Positions 1 through 10,796 of a stretch of DNA of 64,000 nucleotides are shown here, one piece after another. Both the position numbers and the translations under genes were made by a program. Within the stretch, counting starts at the first letter, position 1, and each line of letters opens with the position of its first letter. The DNA lies in assembly GCA_965644495.1 (NCBI GenBank), contig CBFFSA010000001.1, positions 1,302,001-1,366,000 on the forward strand. Direction: 5' to 3'. The notes beneath the pieces are model-generated. The model was not told the origin of the DNA, made no database searches, and saw nothing but the letters and a program-made list of their open reading frames with translations. The DNA is from Perkinsela sp. CCAP 1560/9. Its lineage: Eukaryota; Protista; Euglenozoa: Kinetoplastea.

Positions 1-613
1 TTGCCACAAAAAATGATTGATAAAACTGTTTTGAGTTTCGATGCTCGCCTCAAAGCGTGTATAAGATTGAAAGGCGAAAAAGTGAAAAAATGGTACAGTG
101 CACACAATTATTAGTGTAACAATAATTCGTAAAACAAAAATTAGTAAATTTTTAATTAGTAAAACATTTTGCAAAATTCAGGTTTTACACCTTACATTTT
201 TTTGTTTTTTTCGGAATTCTATCTTTTTTTACGAAACGTTTTCAGATTACTATTATTCAGATTATGTCGCACGAAAGCGAGCAAGATTTCTGTGAGCAAG
301 ATTTTTATTAATATTATTTTTTGGGGGTGTTTTTTACTCTGTGCTACAGACACATGTTACTTTCCCCGCTCCTGATTTTTTTCTGAATCTCCGACTTTCT
401 TGTTCGTTATACTCCTATTTTTAAAAGACTTTCTCCGCTCCGCGAACGCGAAACATCGCTCTCTTGTATTTAAGAGATTTTTTTCATATTTAAGAAAATA
501 CTCATGTAGGGACATTGTATGGGAGGGGGTAAAAGTCAATCCCTTTTGGGGGAATATTCTTTGTAAGGATTTTCTTTGTAATACGCTTCACTGAAGCCTG
601 ACACACTCAGCAT

Positions 614-686
614 GGGGAAGCATGGTCGGGACCTCCTCGCGGTCTTCCCTAGCATTACCATTTTGCAGATGGTACTAACGCCGACC
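614..686 (+). ncRNA. HDV-like self-cleaving ribozyme (copy 1)
   Basis: P1 GGGGAAG/CUUCCCU with G1-U wobble; P2 GGUCGG/CCGACC; P3 ACC/GGU; L3 UCCUCGC identical to antigenomic HDV; P4 UACCAU/AUGGUA; J4/2 CUAA. The P1.1 partner is AG rather than GG. Confidence 0.85.
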
Positions 687-702
687 TTAGAGGAGGCAGC
701 CT

Positions 703-738
703 ACTCAAGCGACAGAAATACCGTTTCTGTAAAAATTG
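703..738 (+). other. Spliced-leader-exon-like motif
   Basis: TACTCAAGCGACAGAAATACCGTTTCTGTAAAAATTG resembles the kinetoplastid SL ...GATACAGTTTCTGTACTATATTG; no GT donor follows. Confidence 0.6.
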
Positions 739-3521
739 ATTTTATCAAGTTGGCAAATTTTTTGTGGCAGTGCAAAAATTAGTAAAACAAAAATTAGTGA
801 ATTTTTAATTAGTAAAACTTTTTTACTATTTTACAATAAAAGTTTTACTAATTTTTGCGAGCACTGTAAATGTTAAATATAAACTATCATGAATAATTTT
901 TTTGATTCCGGTTTTTAGCGCGCAAAGCCTTTGTGTTGAGATCTGCAAAATGCAACAAAAATCAGTTCAAACGGACACTTGGCTGAAAAGTTAGGTGGGG
1001 TGACTTTTGACTGCGGGGGGTTTATGTGTTCTTTCCTTCTCTCCGACAAATTACCTCTAAACACTCCGTGGCGTTCTATGTTGTCAAAAACTATTTCTTT
1101 TAATATCACCTTGTGTTTTTCAATTAGATCAGTAACATCTTTGTCAACTTTTTTCACTGTATGTTGCCGCTCGTAGTTAAAGCCCCTTTCTCTTTTTTTT
1201 CGTCTACCGCCATTATTCACAATGGCTTGAAAAAAAGCTGCACCCTTCTTGATCCTGGAAACCGCGCGAACACTTACCGAGTATTTTTCGCCGAGCTTCT
1301 CATCGGATTCGACTCATCAGATTGACATAGAGCCAGCTTCTGTTGAGTAGTTAAATGATTGTGTGTTATAATTTTTTTCTCGGGCGGCAATGTACTTGGG
1401 TTTTCTTTTATCAAACCGCTATAAGGTATGGGGTTTTATAGAGCACCGACTGTGGGGCAGGAGGAATGGTTGCCCGGTCAACCATGTCGCCCGTGCTGCA
1501 ACACAAAAAGAATTAAAAAAACTTTATGAACGGGTTTCCCCAGTTGGGAGTCTGGACGTGGAAAATATTGGCAACGGAGTCCGTCTCTATCTTCCCCTGT
1601 TCAGATTTCCCATAGTTTCGTACTATGACTCGTTTTGTTTTCTTGTACTATTACTTGTTTTTTATTTTGCTGGGACTCGATGAAAACTCGACTGGCCAAA
1701 AACAAATAAAAAAAGAGTTTGGAGGTTCAAATCAAAGACAAAATGCGTGCAATGGTCCGCAAAATGGTAAAGATACGGGGTCTGTAAACGGCTGTAGAGT
1801 TAATCAAGGACCGATTGTCACGACGAAGAGCTATTATTTCAGTACAAGGAAATTCCGCATTGGACTCATTGTGAACTAATGTGGTGAACCAAAAGTAGTG
1901 ATTCACTACATAAATGTAGTGAGCTAACCCCGTGTAGTGAATCACTACGGGTAAACTCCAGGGTATGAATCGGCGTATACCGTATACCCCCCCAGTAATA
2001 GAATCGATTTTGGGCCAAAATGGTCAAATTTCTGTTACTGGGGGGGTATGCTTTTTTGGTGGGAAAAGACCTTTTTGGTTCATGGGTGCATTTTTCTCCA
2101 GAAAGTGCAGATCTGCCTTTTGTATCTTAGCCCTCCCTTCATTACTCTATGGGCACTTAAGCAAATATTTATCGTTAACATCTCATAATTATCATCTTTG
2201 TTTACCCGAATTCTATCCTTACAGCGAAACAAATTTGATCATCCTATCAGCTAAAGTGTTGTATATCATGTCCTTCCACCTACCCTCTCTCATTAATTCT
2301 AATGAATATAATTATAAATTTTCTTTTTTGTTATACCGTGGAAACATTAATTAAGAGACACATTAAATAAGGGAACGCCAATTAAGGGAACACTAAGATG
2401 GTTAAAACCTGTTAGGTTTTGCCAGGATTTGCCAAGTTTTACCTGGTTTTGCCAGGACACCTATTTTTTGGGGCGCCATTTTGGGAGACGTGCCACGGCT
2501 TCAGGAAGGGGTATCTAGTAAAAGCAACGGCGTAGAAAGCTAGTATAGGTCCCAAACTCTCAAACTACTATAGGTGAAACGATTTTGAAAAACTATTTTT
2601 TAAGCCATGTTTTTCGCTAAGTTGACTTTTTTTAGTTTTCTTTTCAGAAAAAACTGAACTTGGCGGCCCCGCCCTGTTGATACCAGGGGGAGTCGTCCCC
2701 GAGTACGGGGGTGGAAAATGTGCGCCAAGACCTCGGCTACCCTTTCTGGGGGTGTATTTCGAAAAATATTATTTTCAAAATCTTCATTTTTTGTGGCGCA
2801 AAAAATGTTTTGCAGCGCACGATGGAGACCAAGTATGTTCTTCACTATTTTTGACAAAGTATTTTTCTTCGCCACGTCAATGAGGAATATGTGGGTTTTG
2901 CCAGGTTTTGCCTTTCATAGGTTTCAACCCTCTTAGGCGGGTGATGGTGTATTTTTACACGCTTAAAATGGCCAACGCTTAGCGATGGGGCTAGCCCCCG
3001 AATACAAGGGAAGATTGTATTCTTGGGGTGGTGGTGAGGCTTCAGCCCCTTTACTTGCTTCACCCTGAAGCCAATTAAGGAAACACTAATTTATTTAAGG
3101 GAATAATTATTTTTCGTCGATTTTTGGCATTTTCAGGCAATTAATAATTATTTTTTCCACCCATGGCCCAGGCTGAGATGATATTGAATACGAACTGAGT
3201 CTCATGAAACTAGCTCGGGTAAGTACATTAGTTCTCATTCTTGAACGACACGGATACCGTAAAAACAGATTGATACGCCCAAAAATGATAATTCCAAGAA
3301 TTGTGTTATTGAATGAGATGGTGAATGGATTGCTCTTTTTCAAGGGTTGGATTTTTGTTGCCTGAAGCCCAAGTTATCTAGGTTTTATCTGGGTTTACCC
3401 CAATTTAAAAACATTGTAGAAGTTTTTTATATGCAGACGAAGATAACAGACGCCCATATCAGTATTAGTTTCTGTAAATCAATAGGTACATAATGCACTT
3501 ATCTGAACTCATCTCACAAGG

Positions 3522-4007
3522 CTACGGCTTGCGAAATTCGTCGTTCCGGGCTTCGCTTTCGTTACCACGCTTATAGTTTTTGTCTGGCGCGTGCGAATCA
3601 TGAGTTTGCACGTGTTTCGCCCTGCAATCCCGGATTTCGTGCCCTTTTTTCCCGCAATGACGGCAAGTACCGTGCGGATCGTGGGGATAATTCCACAGCT
3701 TGATCGATGAGGTGCCTGTATTGGAGGCCACCCGCTTGTAGGAATTTCGTGCCGCTGGAGCACGAGAGACGAAAGGAGATGATACAGAATATGTTTTGCT
3801 GACGACGGCCGCACTGCGGTTAACAATTGCTAGCGCACGTTCGTGCCCAGAAAGGATGGCGACAATCGCTTTATTGCCGGTTTCGCTGGCGTCGTCGAGC
3901 ATGAGGTGTTCGAGTGTCTCTGCAGACACAGCAGCACCCTCGTGTCGCAAGCGGTGCATGAGAAGCACGAAAATTAGAGCGTTTACCGCCGTTTGTTTGC
4001 CTATCAC
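3522..4007 (-). CDS. Gag-like CCHC zinc-knuckle protein, probable retroelement fragment
   Basis: CRHCGKKGHEIRDC = CX2CX4HX4C; no adjacent pol seen. Confidence 0.55.
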   Translation of the reverse strand: MIGKQTAVNALIFVLLMHRLRHEGAAVSAETLEHLMLDDASETGNKAIVAILSGHERALAIVNRSAAVVSKTYSVSSPFVSRAPAARNSYKRVASNTGTSSIKLWNYPHDPHGTCRHCGKKGHEIRDCRAKHVQTHDSHAPDKNYKRGNESEARNDEFRKP

Positions 4008-4571
4008 CCCCCCCCCTGGGTCAAAAATATTTAGGAAAAAACACGAAAAAATAGCATGATTTTACTAAAAAATCCCAATATTTCAAAAATTTGGGAGTTT
4101 TTTATTCGAACATGGTTTCTCATTCTATGAATTTGAGGGATACTCCAGTCAAATCTACTAAAGACCAGTACTAAAGGCCAGTACAACTGGACCCAGTATA
4201 CCTGGACTGTACTTGAGTAACTCAAAAAAGTGTTCAAATGTTTCGAAATTTTTTAATGTTTTTATTTTTTACCAAAGAGAATCAGAGGATAACGCTGTAG
4301 TATACAGGGGGATCACGAAAAAAGTGGGGGGTCTAAAATTTGTACCGTGCGAGCTTTTGACCTAATTCCTTCGGCATTCAACAGATCTCGAAATTTTAAG
4401 ACTACTGGCACCATTGTTGCCGCCCCTGAAGCTGATATGACGTCATGATAAAATTTTACTGAATTTTTTACCTGAAAATTCTGCAAAAAATCAGATTTTT
4501 ATCATTTTTTATCATTTTAGCCCATTAATCTATGAATAAAATACCACTTAACTCTTTCTAACACATCTTTT

Positions 4572-5509
4572 ATGCCGAAAACACTTCGCCGCCAGAGGCG
4601 CACCCTCTCGACGCAACAAATCACTTATGAAACACGTGTAATTTGCGTCCATGAGGTACAAAACCAGGGACGTTCGATTACAGACACTGCTGCTCTTATG
4701 AAATGCAGTGAAGTAACTGTCTCTCGATGGGTTAAACGCCACCGGGAGACAGGAGGGTTAGAACGTATAAAATACATACGTAAGAATGCGATTGATAATG
4801 AAGACTTTCGAATAATGTTAGAATCTATTGTAGATGAAGAAAATCAACGTAGTCCCATTGGCTGTCCATCTTGGAGGTGGGTTCACCGCCAGATCGATCA
4901 AACCAAGTACCCATGCTCTCTTTCGTCTGTGAAAAGATCACTGAAAAGGAGCGGGTACATAAGCAGAAAAATGAGGAAAGTTCCTCATCTCACGCCTCAG
5001 CACAAATTCGACCGCCTGGAGTTGGCAAATCGTTTGGAGAGGTTCACCCCTTTTCAATACGCCCGTATTCTGTGGACGGATGAAAAGATTTTTAAATGCG
5101 GGTACCACTCACGCAATATTTGGTACATTTGCAAAAGGTCAGATGAACCCCTTGAGGTACCAAAAGATGTTGAGAAATATTTCGGAGGAAAGGGGGTTCA
5201 TATTTGGATGGCGGTGAGCCTTGAATGGGGGGTTCCCATTCAAACGCTCGCCGCGTCGGCAGAGACATGGGTATCAGCATTCCTGATTGGCCTGCCAAGT
5301 CGCCGGATTTAAATTTAATTGAAAATTTGTGGAGCATGATGGCTCACCACATAAAATTTACTCTCCGCCCAACAAACCGTAAGGAACTACAAGCTGCAAT
5401 TCCAAAAGCGTTTGATTATCTATTATCTGATATGAAAGCATCGTATAATAATACTTTGACGAGCTTCCCGTCCCGAATCAGACTTCTTCGAGAAAAAAAC
5501 GGGGGATAA
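4572..5509 (+). pseudogene. Tc1-like transposase, internally deleted and frameshifted
   Basis: N-terminal HTH, ILWTDEK, WPAKSPDLNLIENLW in a second frame; second catalytic D region missing; candidate left end TA|CAGGGG at 4305. Confidence 0.85.
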
Positions 5510-6396
5510 ATCATTCCTGCGGGTGGGTCGGGGTAATCTGCCGTTGCCTTTTTCAGTTCAACCCATAGGTTTTCTATGGGGTTTAAGTCGGGAGACTGAG
5601 GGGGCCAGTCAAGCACACACAGCTCCTGCGAATTTAAAAAATCGCGAGCCTTCTTACTCGTGTGCTTCGGATCGTTATCCTGTTGGAAGACGATCCAATC
5701 CTTCGTGACACTCAGCTTTTGTAGGGAAGGGGGCAAATTTTGTTGCAGTATTTGAACGTACTGCTCGGCGTTCATATTCCCGTGAACCAGCTCAATGGTT
5801 CCCACACCGTGCCCCATCATGCAACCCCATATCATGATGGAGCCGCCACCATACTTGAGCGTACCTTGTGTGTTTCGCTCAGACAGCTCCTCCCCAAAGT
5901 CTACCCAAACCCACCGGCTACCATTCGACTCGAAACGGCAGATCTTCGTTTCATCCGTGAAAAGTACACGTCCCCAGTCGGCGTGCGTCCAATGCTCGTA
6001 CTTTCTTGCAAAAGCAAGACGTAGAGCCTTGTGACGTTTCGTAAGGTAGGGCTTCTTGACCCTCTTCTTTCCCTTCATACCACACTTACGAAGGGAAACC
6101 CGAATGGTTTCCGGGCAAACATCCGCAATACCTTCGTCTCTCAACCTTTTGCTGGCGGCAACTGCGTCTTTTGTGGCGCCGCTAGTGATAAGAAGGCGGA
6201 CGCGCCTACGGCAAGTATCACTCAGCTTACGTGGGCGACCGGTTGGTTGTCTAGATAGCGATGGAAGATATTTATTTATAATGCGGCTGACATTTCCTAC
6301 GCTTAAGTTTAAATCGGCGGCCACTCCACGAAGTGCAGATCCGTTTTCAAGTTTTTCAATGGCAATCTTTCGTAAATAACTCGGTGTACTGTGCAT
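5510..6396 (-). pseudogene. Tc1 DD34E transposase, C-terminally truncated
   Basis: GRPRK, VLFTDETK, FQQDNDPKH, WPPQSPDLNPIENLW with 34 residues between D and E; abuts the opposite-strand Tc1. Confidence 0.9.
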
Positions 6397-6492
6397 AGTA
6401 GAACAAAAATCTACAATAGGAGAATAAAACCAAGTTGCTCTATTTACTACATTACTTATGCACAGTACACCGAGTTATTTACGAAAGATTGC

Positions 6493-6822
6493 TATTTTCG
6501 GGTAAAAATGGGGTCATTTTTGCGTATTTTTGCTCTCAGAGCACTAAATCCGACATTTGCGTGCGGGAAATCACTCGTAGGCATGAATGAAAACCTATCG
6601 AACGTATTGGGTGGAGAATACGACTCCAACCGCACCATTCTTTCAACACAAAAAGTCTCCTTGGGGTCCGAAAAATACTTTTTCACCGTTTCTATTCAAA
6701 AATGGACCAATTTCGCGGGCATACCACGGCTCGAAGAAGCGATAGCCTGCGAAAACAACTGCGCAGAAAGCTAGTATAGGTCCCAAACTACCAAAATACA
6801 ATAGGTGAAACGATTTTGGAAA
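6493..6822 (-). repeat. Internal fragment of hairpin-ended repeat family A
   Basis: Similar to the middle of full copies such as 47719-48612. Confidence 0.8.
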
Positions 6823-7453
6823 AACTAAATAACTCCTAACTGAGTGGTATCTATGAGAGTCGAGGACTCAATACGCCCTATGGCGAACTAAATAACTCCT
6901 CACTGAGTGGTATCTATGGGATATTTCTTCTGATGCATATGCGGTATGCTCCATGTATTATGAAGAATGTTTTTATCTAAAACCTAGTTATAGAAAATAA
7001 ATTTACAAAAATTGTAAGAATGTGCGATATTATCTGGATATTACTACCTAGTCTCAGAAATGAAATGCCGTCGTCATTCTGATAATGATTTTTTAAAAAT
7101 ATACATTAGGACTCACAGTAGCCCTCTGCGCTGCAGTACCAGGCTAGGCGTCCGACCTCCGCCCGTTGCAGGAAGTGCGCATCACTGCCCTGAGCAGGTT
7201 CTAGTGAAGCATAACTTCCTATTACGCGGCTAGTTCTCCTTTAACCCTGCTGGTCAAAGCCCATAGTCGGACGCCTCAACCCCCCACCTCTCTTTTTCTG
7301 CCCTGCAATATTCGTAATCCTCCTTCCATCCCCATTTTTACCACTGATGTGAAACACAACAGATGGTGACCCCGGGCTTTGGACCGGTTTAGCAGGGTTA
7401 AATGAGAACTAGCCGCGTAATAAGAAGTGTTTATTCATGATCTTTTACCAATT

Positions 7454-7570
7454 TTTCTTTTTTAGGCTCTTCGTTAAACGCGGTGGTAGTTTTCAACGCG
7501 AAGCGCGCAGCATGAGTGACTTCTAAGTTGAAAACAACCACCGCGTTTAACGAAGAGCCTAAAAAAGAAA
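7454..7570. repeat. Solo terminal palindrome of repeat family A
   Basis: AGGCTCTTCGTTAAACGCGGTGGT...ACCACCGCGTTTAACGAAGAGCCT long inverted repeat. Confidence 0.9.
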
Positions 7571-8430
7571 TTAATTAACGTAAACATTTTTTTCTCACCA
7601 GACATTACGTTAATTAATGTTACGCTTTATTAAAGTTTCACCGGTAATGAGAGGGAAAGTACATGCGTCCGTACCATCACCGGCACCTCCATACTGCAAG
7701 GAAATTTTCCATGATACTAGAGGTTTTCTCTCTCTTTCAGTAAAGACTACACTTCTCAGAGACAGAACTGTGCCTCTAGGACTGCAACGTATAATATGGG
7801 AGTATACAAGAAAATGATATAGAAGTGCACATTATTTTTGAACATGAAAAGTTGGCAGCAAGCTTTGAAAAAAACGCCAAGTAGAAATCGCCATTGGTTT
7901 CAATGGGATTGGGTCGGTTCGCTTCGGTTCGTCCAGGTGACGTTTTCTTAAGTTTCACCCCTCTAAGGGTGCGAGTTTTATGCGTTATAAGGGTACGTGT
8001 TCCCCCCCTTGCCCCCCTCTGCCCCCCCCTAGACCCCCCATTTAATTCAATTTTGTTTTTCAATGTTTGTACCTACGACGACTATGTTGTATGCGAGGTG
8101 ATATTTCGGGCAGTCCGCCCATACCCCTGTCTACTGCCAAATGAAAATGATGAAAAAAGACAAGTTACGACACCTTTAGAAGATAGATGGGTATCGCAAA
8201 TTTCGATTTTTTTCGACATGAAACATTTTTTTCTCCGCCGCAGTCCTCGTTAACAGCAGATTATTGCCCATTTTTGCCATATTCTGCCGATCACCACAGA
8301 CGCGTGCCCCCCCTCTTAATTTCCCCTCCGTAATCGGGAATGTGGTTTAATACACCTATGAAGTTTTTCATTAAAATGTTTGTTCCCACCAATCGTAGGT
8401 TATCCCCTGATTCTTTACTTTGTCGCTTTA

Positions 8431-9330
8431 ATGTCGCGGGAATGTCTGTCTTTAAAAATTACCGTAAGACACCTTCCGCCAGACATGAAAGAGAAGGAAT
8501 TTGTCAAGCTTATTGGTGACCAACGAGCTCAAGTAACTTGGCATCACTTTGTTGCCGGACATTCGCCGTCAAATGAACATAAACCGCTTCGATACTCATA
8601 CGCATTGGTGTACATGAATTCTGAAACTGCAATTCGCTCTCTGGCAACTCGTCTCAATGGGGTCATAGTGTATGACAAGAAGGGGACACCGCACAACCTC
8701 TATATCGAATACGCTCCCGTACAAGCTACAATCACTCCTTTTCGTCCTGTGACTAGCAATATATCGAATGAGACACATTACAAGACTTTTGTGCGAAGCG
8801 CTGACCCTGCTCTTTCTCCAATCCCCCGAAATGTTGTGGAGTGGCTAGAAACAAAAATATCAGAAGAAAATGAAAAACAAGTGACAGTACTGGTTCAAGA
8901 CGTTTTAGAGCGCGTATTTAGGAAGCAAAGCGTAAAATTCAAATTTTCCAGAGAAAGAAAAAAGGCAAAAGAGAACACAAAGAAAACGAAAAAAGTTCCT
9001 GAATCCAAAAAATCTGTAAAGTTATCAAATAAAACACTCGATGGAGAAAAAAAACATGGAGAGTCTATAGCGCCACGCGAAACTTCAGTACAAAAGAGTC
9101 TTCGATCCGTAAAAAAAACAGATGAGAAACCTTCGAAACCAAAAGAGCGTTTTTTTGTAAAGAACCGTATCATCGAAAAACAGGAATCAAAATTCGCCTT
9201 TAATACACTAAACCAGACCTCTGTCAAAGATCGTAGTGGTTCTCCTTGCCTTGAGAAAACCGCTGGAAATATGCGCTCTTCATTCACGGTAAGCAGCACC
9301 AAATCTATTCAAAACTATCACAAACCTTAA
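8431..9330 (+). CDS. UPF3: UPF3/Smg-4-like nonsense-mediated decay factor
   Basis: N-terminal RRM-like pattern KITVRHLPP...YSYALV...IEYAP, then a Lys-rich tail; first ATG at 8431. Confidence 0.75.
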   Translation: MSRECLSLKITVRHLPPDMKEKEFVKLIGDQRAQVTWHHFVAGHSPSNEHKPLRYSYALVYMNSETAIRSLATRLNGVIVYDKKGTPHNLYIEYAPVQATITPFRPVTSNISNETHYKTFVRSADPALSPIPRNVVEWLETKISEENEKQVTVLVQDVLERVFRKQSVKFKFSRERKKAKENTKKTKKVPESKKSVKLSNKTLDGEKKHGESIAPRETSVQKSLRSVKKTDEKPSKPKERFFVKNRIIEKQESKFAFNTLNQTSVKDRSGSPCLEKTAGNMRSSFTVSSTKSIQNYHKP

Positions 9331-9590
9331 TCTTTCAACTTCGAATCTTTTTCTCTGTTCCCAATACGTACAGGGGTTCAGGTCTGACTCTCAGGGAGTT
9401 ACTATAAAATTGTTAACTTTAGTTCAATTTAGGAAAATAAGATTACCGGTGCAGACAACGAACGTATAGTATCCACTTTCACAATATTTTTCTTTTCGTC
9501 TTTTTTCTAAACTATAACCTGATTTTTCGGTTTATTCCCTTTCGTTTTACAAGATGAGCTGTTGTAGCATGCTCCACGTGTCATCTTCAC

Positions 9591-9620
9591 CCTCGTTTCT
9601 TTCTATTTTTTTCCCTTCAG
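9591..9620 (+). promoter_or_regulatory. Polypyrimidine tract plus AG, putative trans-splice acceptor of RPB11
   Basis: CCTCGTTTCTTTCTATTTTTTTCCCTTCAG about 95 nt upstream of the ATG. Confidence 0.5.
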
Positions 9621-9715
9621 AGGAGTTTTCGAGCTACATTTCCTGTATTTTAGAGTAATACAGTGATATACACATCAAACTTTTCATTCAAAATTCTTAT
9701 TGAGTCCATTTTCAC

Positions 9716-10108
9716 ATGAGTGTACACGCAGAACGTATTCCATTTAATTTCCTCCCGCGCGGAACAAATGTAGATATGCCGGAGGATGGTCCTAAGGTAA
9801 GTATTGCTGTTGATGACAAAATGCCCAGTACGCTCAATGTTGTGATTAACAAAGAAGATCATACGTTAGCAAATTTACTTCGAATGCGATTAAATGATGA
9901 TAACTCAGTTGCCTTTTCAGCTTACAAGGTACAGCATCCCATTGAGCACAAGGTTCTACTAAAGGTCCAAACTATTGTAAGGGATACTGAAAAAAGTGGT
10001 GGGCCCAAGGAGGCACTTCTTCAAGCTGCGGATTGTGCTATAGCAGAATTGACTACATTTTTGAGCTTGTTTGAGACCGAATTTTCTCGCTTTTCTGTTC
10101 TCAGGTGA
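9716..10108 (+). CDS. RPB11: RNA polymerase II subunit RPB11
   Basis: KEDHTLANLLR...FSAYKVQHP...KVQT, RPB11-type rather than RPC19-type. Confidence 0.9.
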   Translation: MSVHAERIPFNFLPRGTNVDMPEDGPKVSIAVDDKMPSTLNVVINKEDHTLANLLRMRLNDDNSVAFSAYKVQHPIEHKVLLKVQTIVRDTEKSGGPKEALLQAADCAIAELTTFLSLFETEFSRFSVLR

Positions 10109-10796
10109 GACGAAGAATCGAACGAACTTGTTATTCTGCTAATAAATAATATGATTATAAGAAGCATAATACCGTCCGAGCAGAAAATTTGGTCCACTTT
10201 TATTGGGCCCCAATAAATTTGGTCAACATAAATATTGGTCCGACTTTATTTTTCCTTCCGCGGCGGACCAAAATACTTTTTGACTTTATTGTCGGTCATT
10301 TTCAAAGTTCAGAACAAGTCATTAGAAAATTTTGCTTTTTCCAAGCGACACTTCTTTTTTTGTTCTCTTGTAATGTCTCAGTCTGTTGAATGGGTGCAGC
10401 AAACCCTTGATCAAGATGTTTACCCTGCGCACGTTGTTGACCTCGTTAACAATCATCACTCGAAAAAAATGTCAAATTTTTTGTTCGACCAGTAATTCAG
10501 TAAGCTGATTACTGCACATTTAAAGCAAGATCGGGGGGACAAGGTATCGTCAAAAGTTCTGTGAAACACTTTTACTCATAACTCATAAAGTTCAAATTCG
10601 ACGTCTTGAAAAATCACTTGTTAGTTACGAGAAATTAAAAAGTCACTTATTAAATACATATCACCTATTAGTAAAATAGGCCAAAATACTATGTAACTAA
10701 TGCGCGCGGGGGTATGCTATTACCTTCAACGTAATTACCACTGTATGTTCGTCACGGCACTACTGTGTTTCTCTTTATTTTCAATGAAGCCATGTG

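Larger units (their letters stand above)
96..866. mobile_element. Tc1/mariner-type non-autonomous element carrying an HDV-like ribozyme and an SL-like motif (copy 1)
   Basis: TA|CAGTG...CACTG|TA ends with imperfect TIRs and subterminal AATTAGTAAA repeats; near-identical second copy at ~14558-15287. Confidence 0.75.

Noticed and set aside
6823-6918. Two 33-bp direct repeats around a 30-bp spacer (CRISPR-like geometry)
   Set aside because: Only two repeats, no cas genes, eukaryotic context
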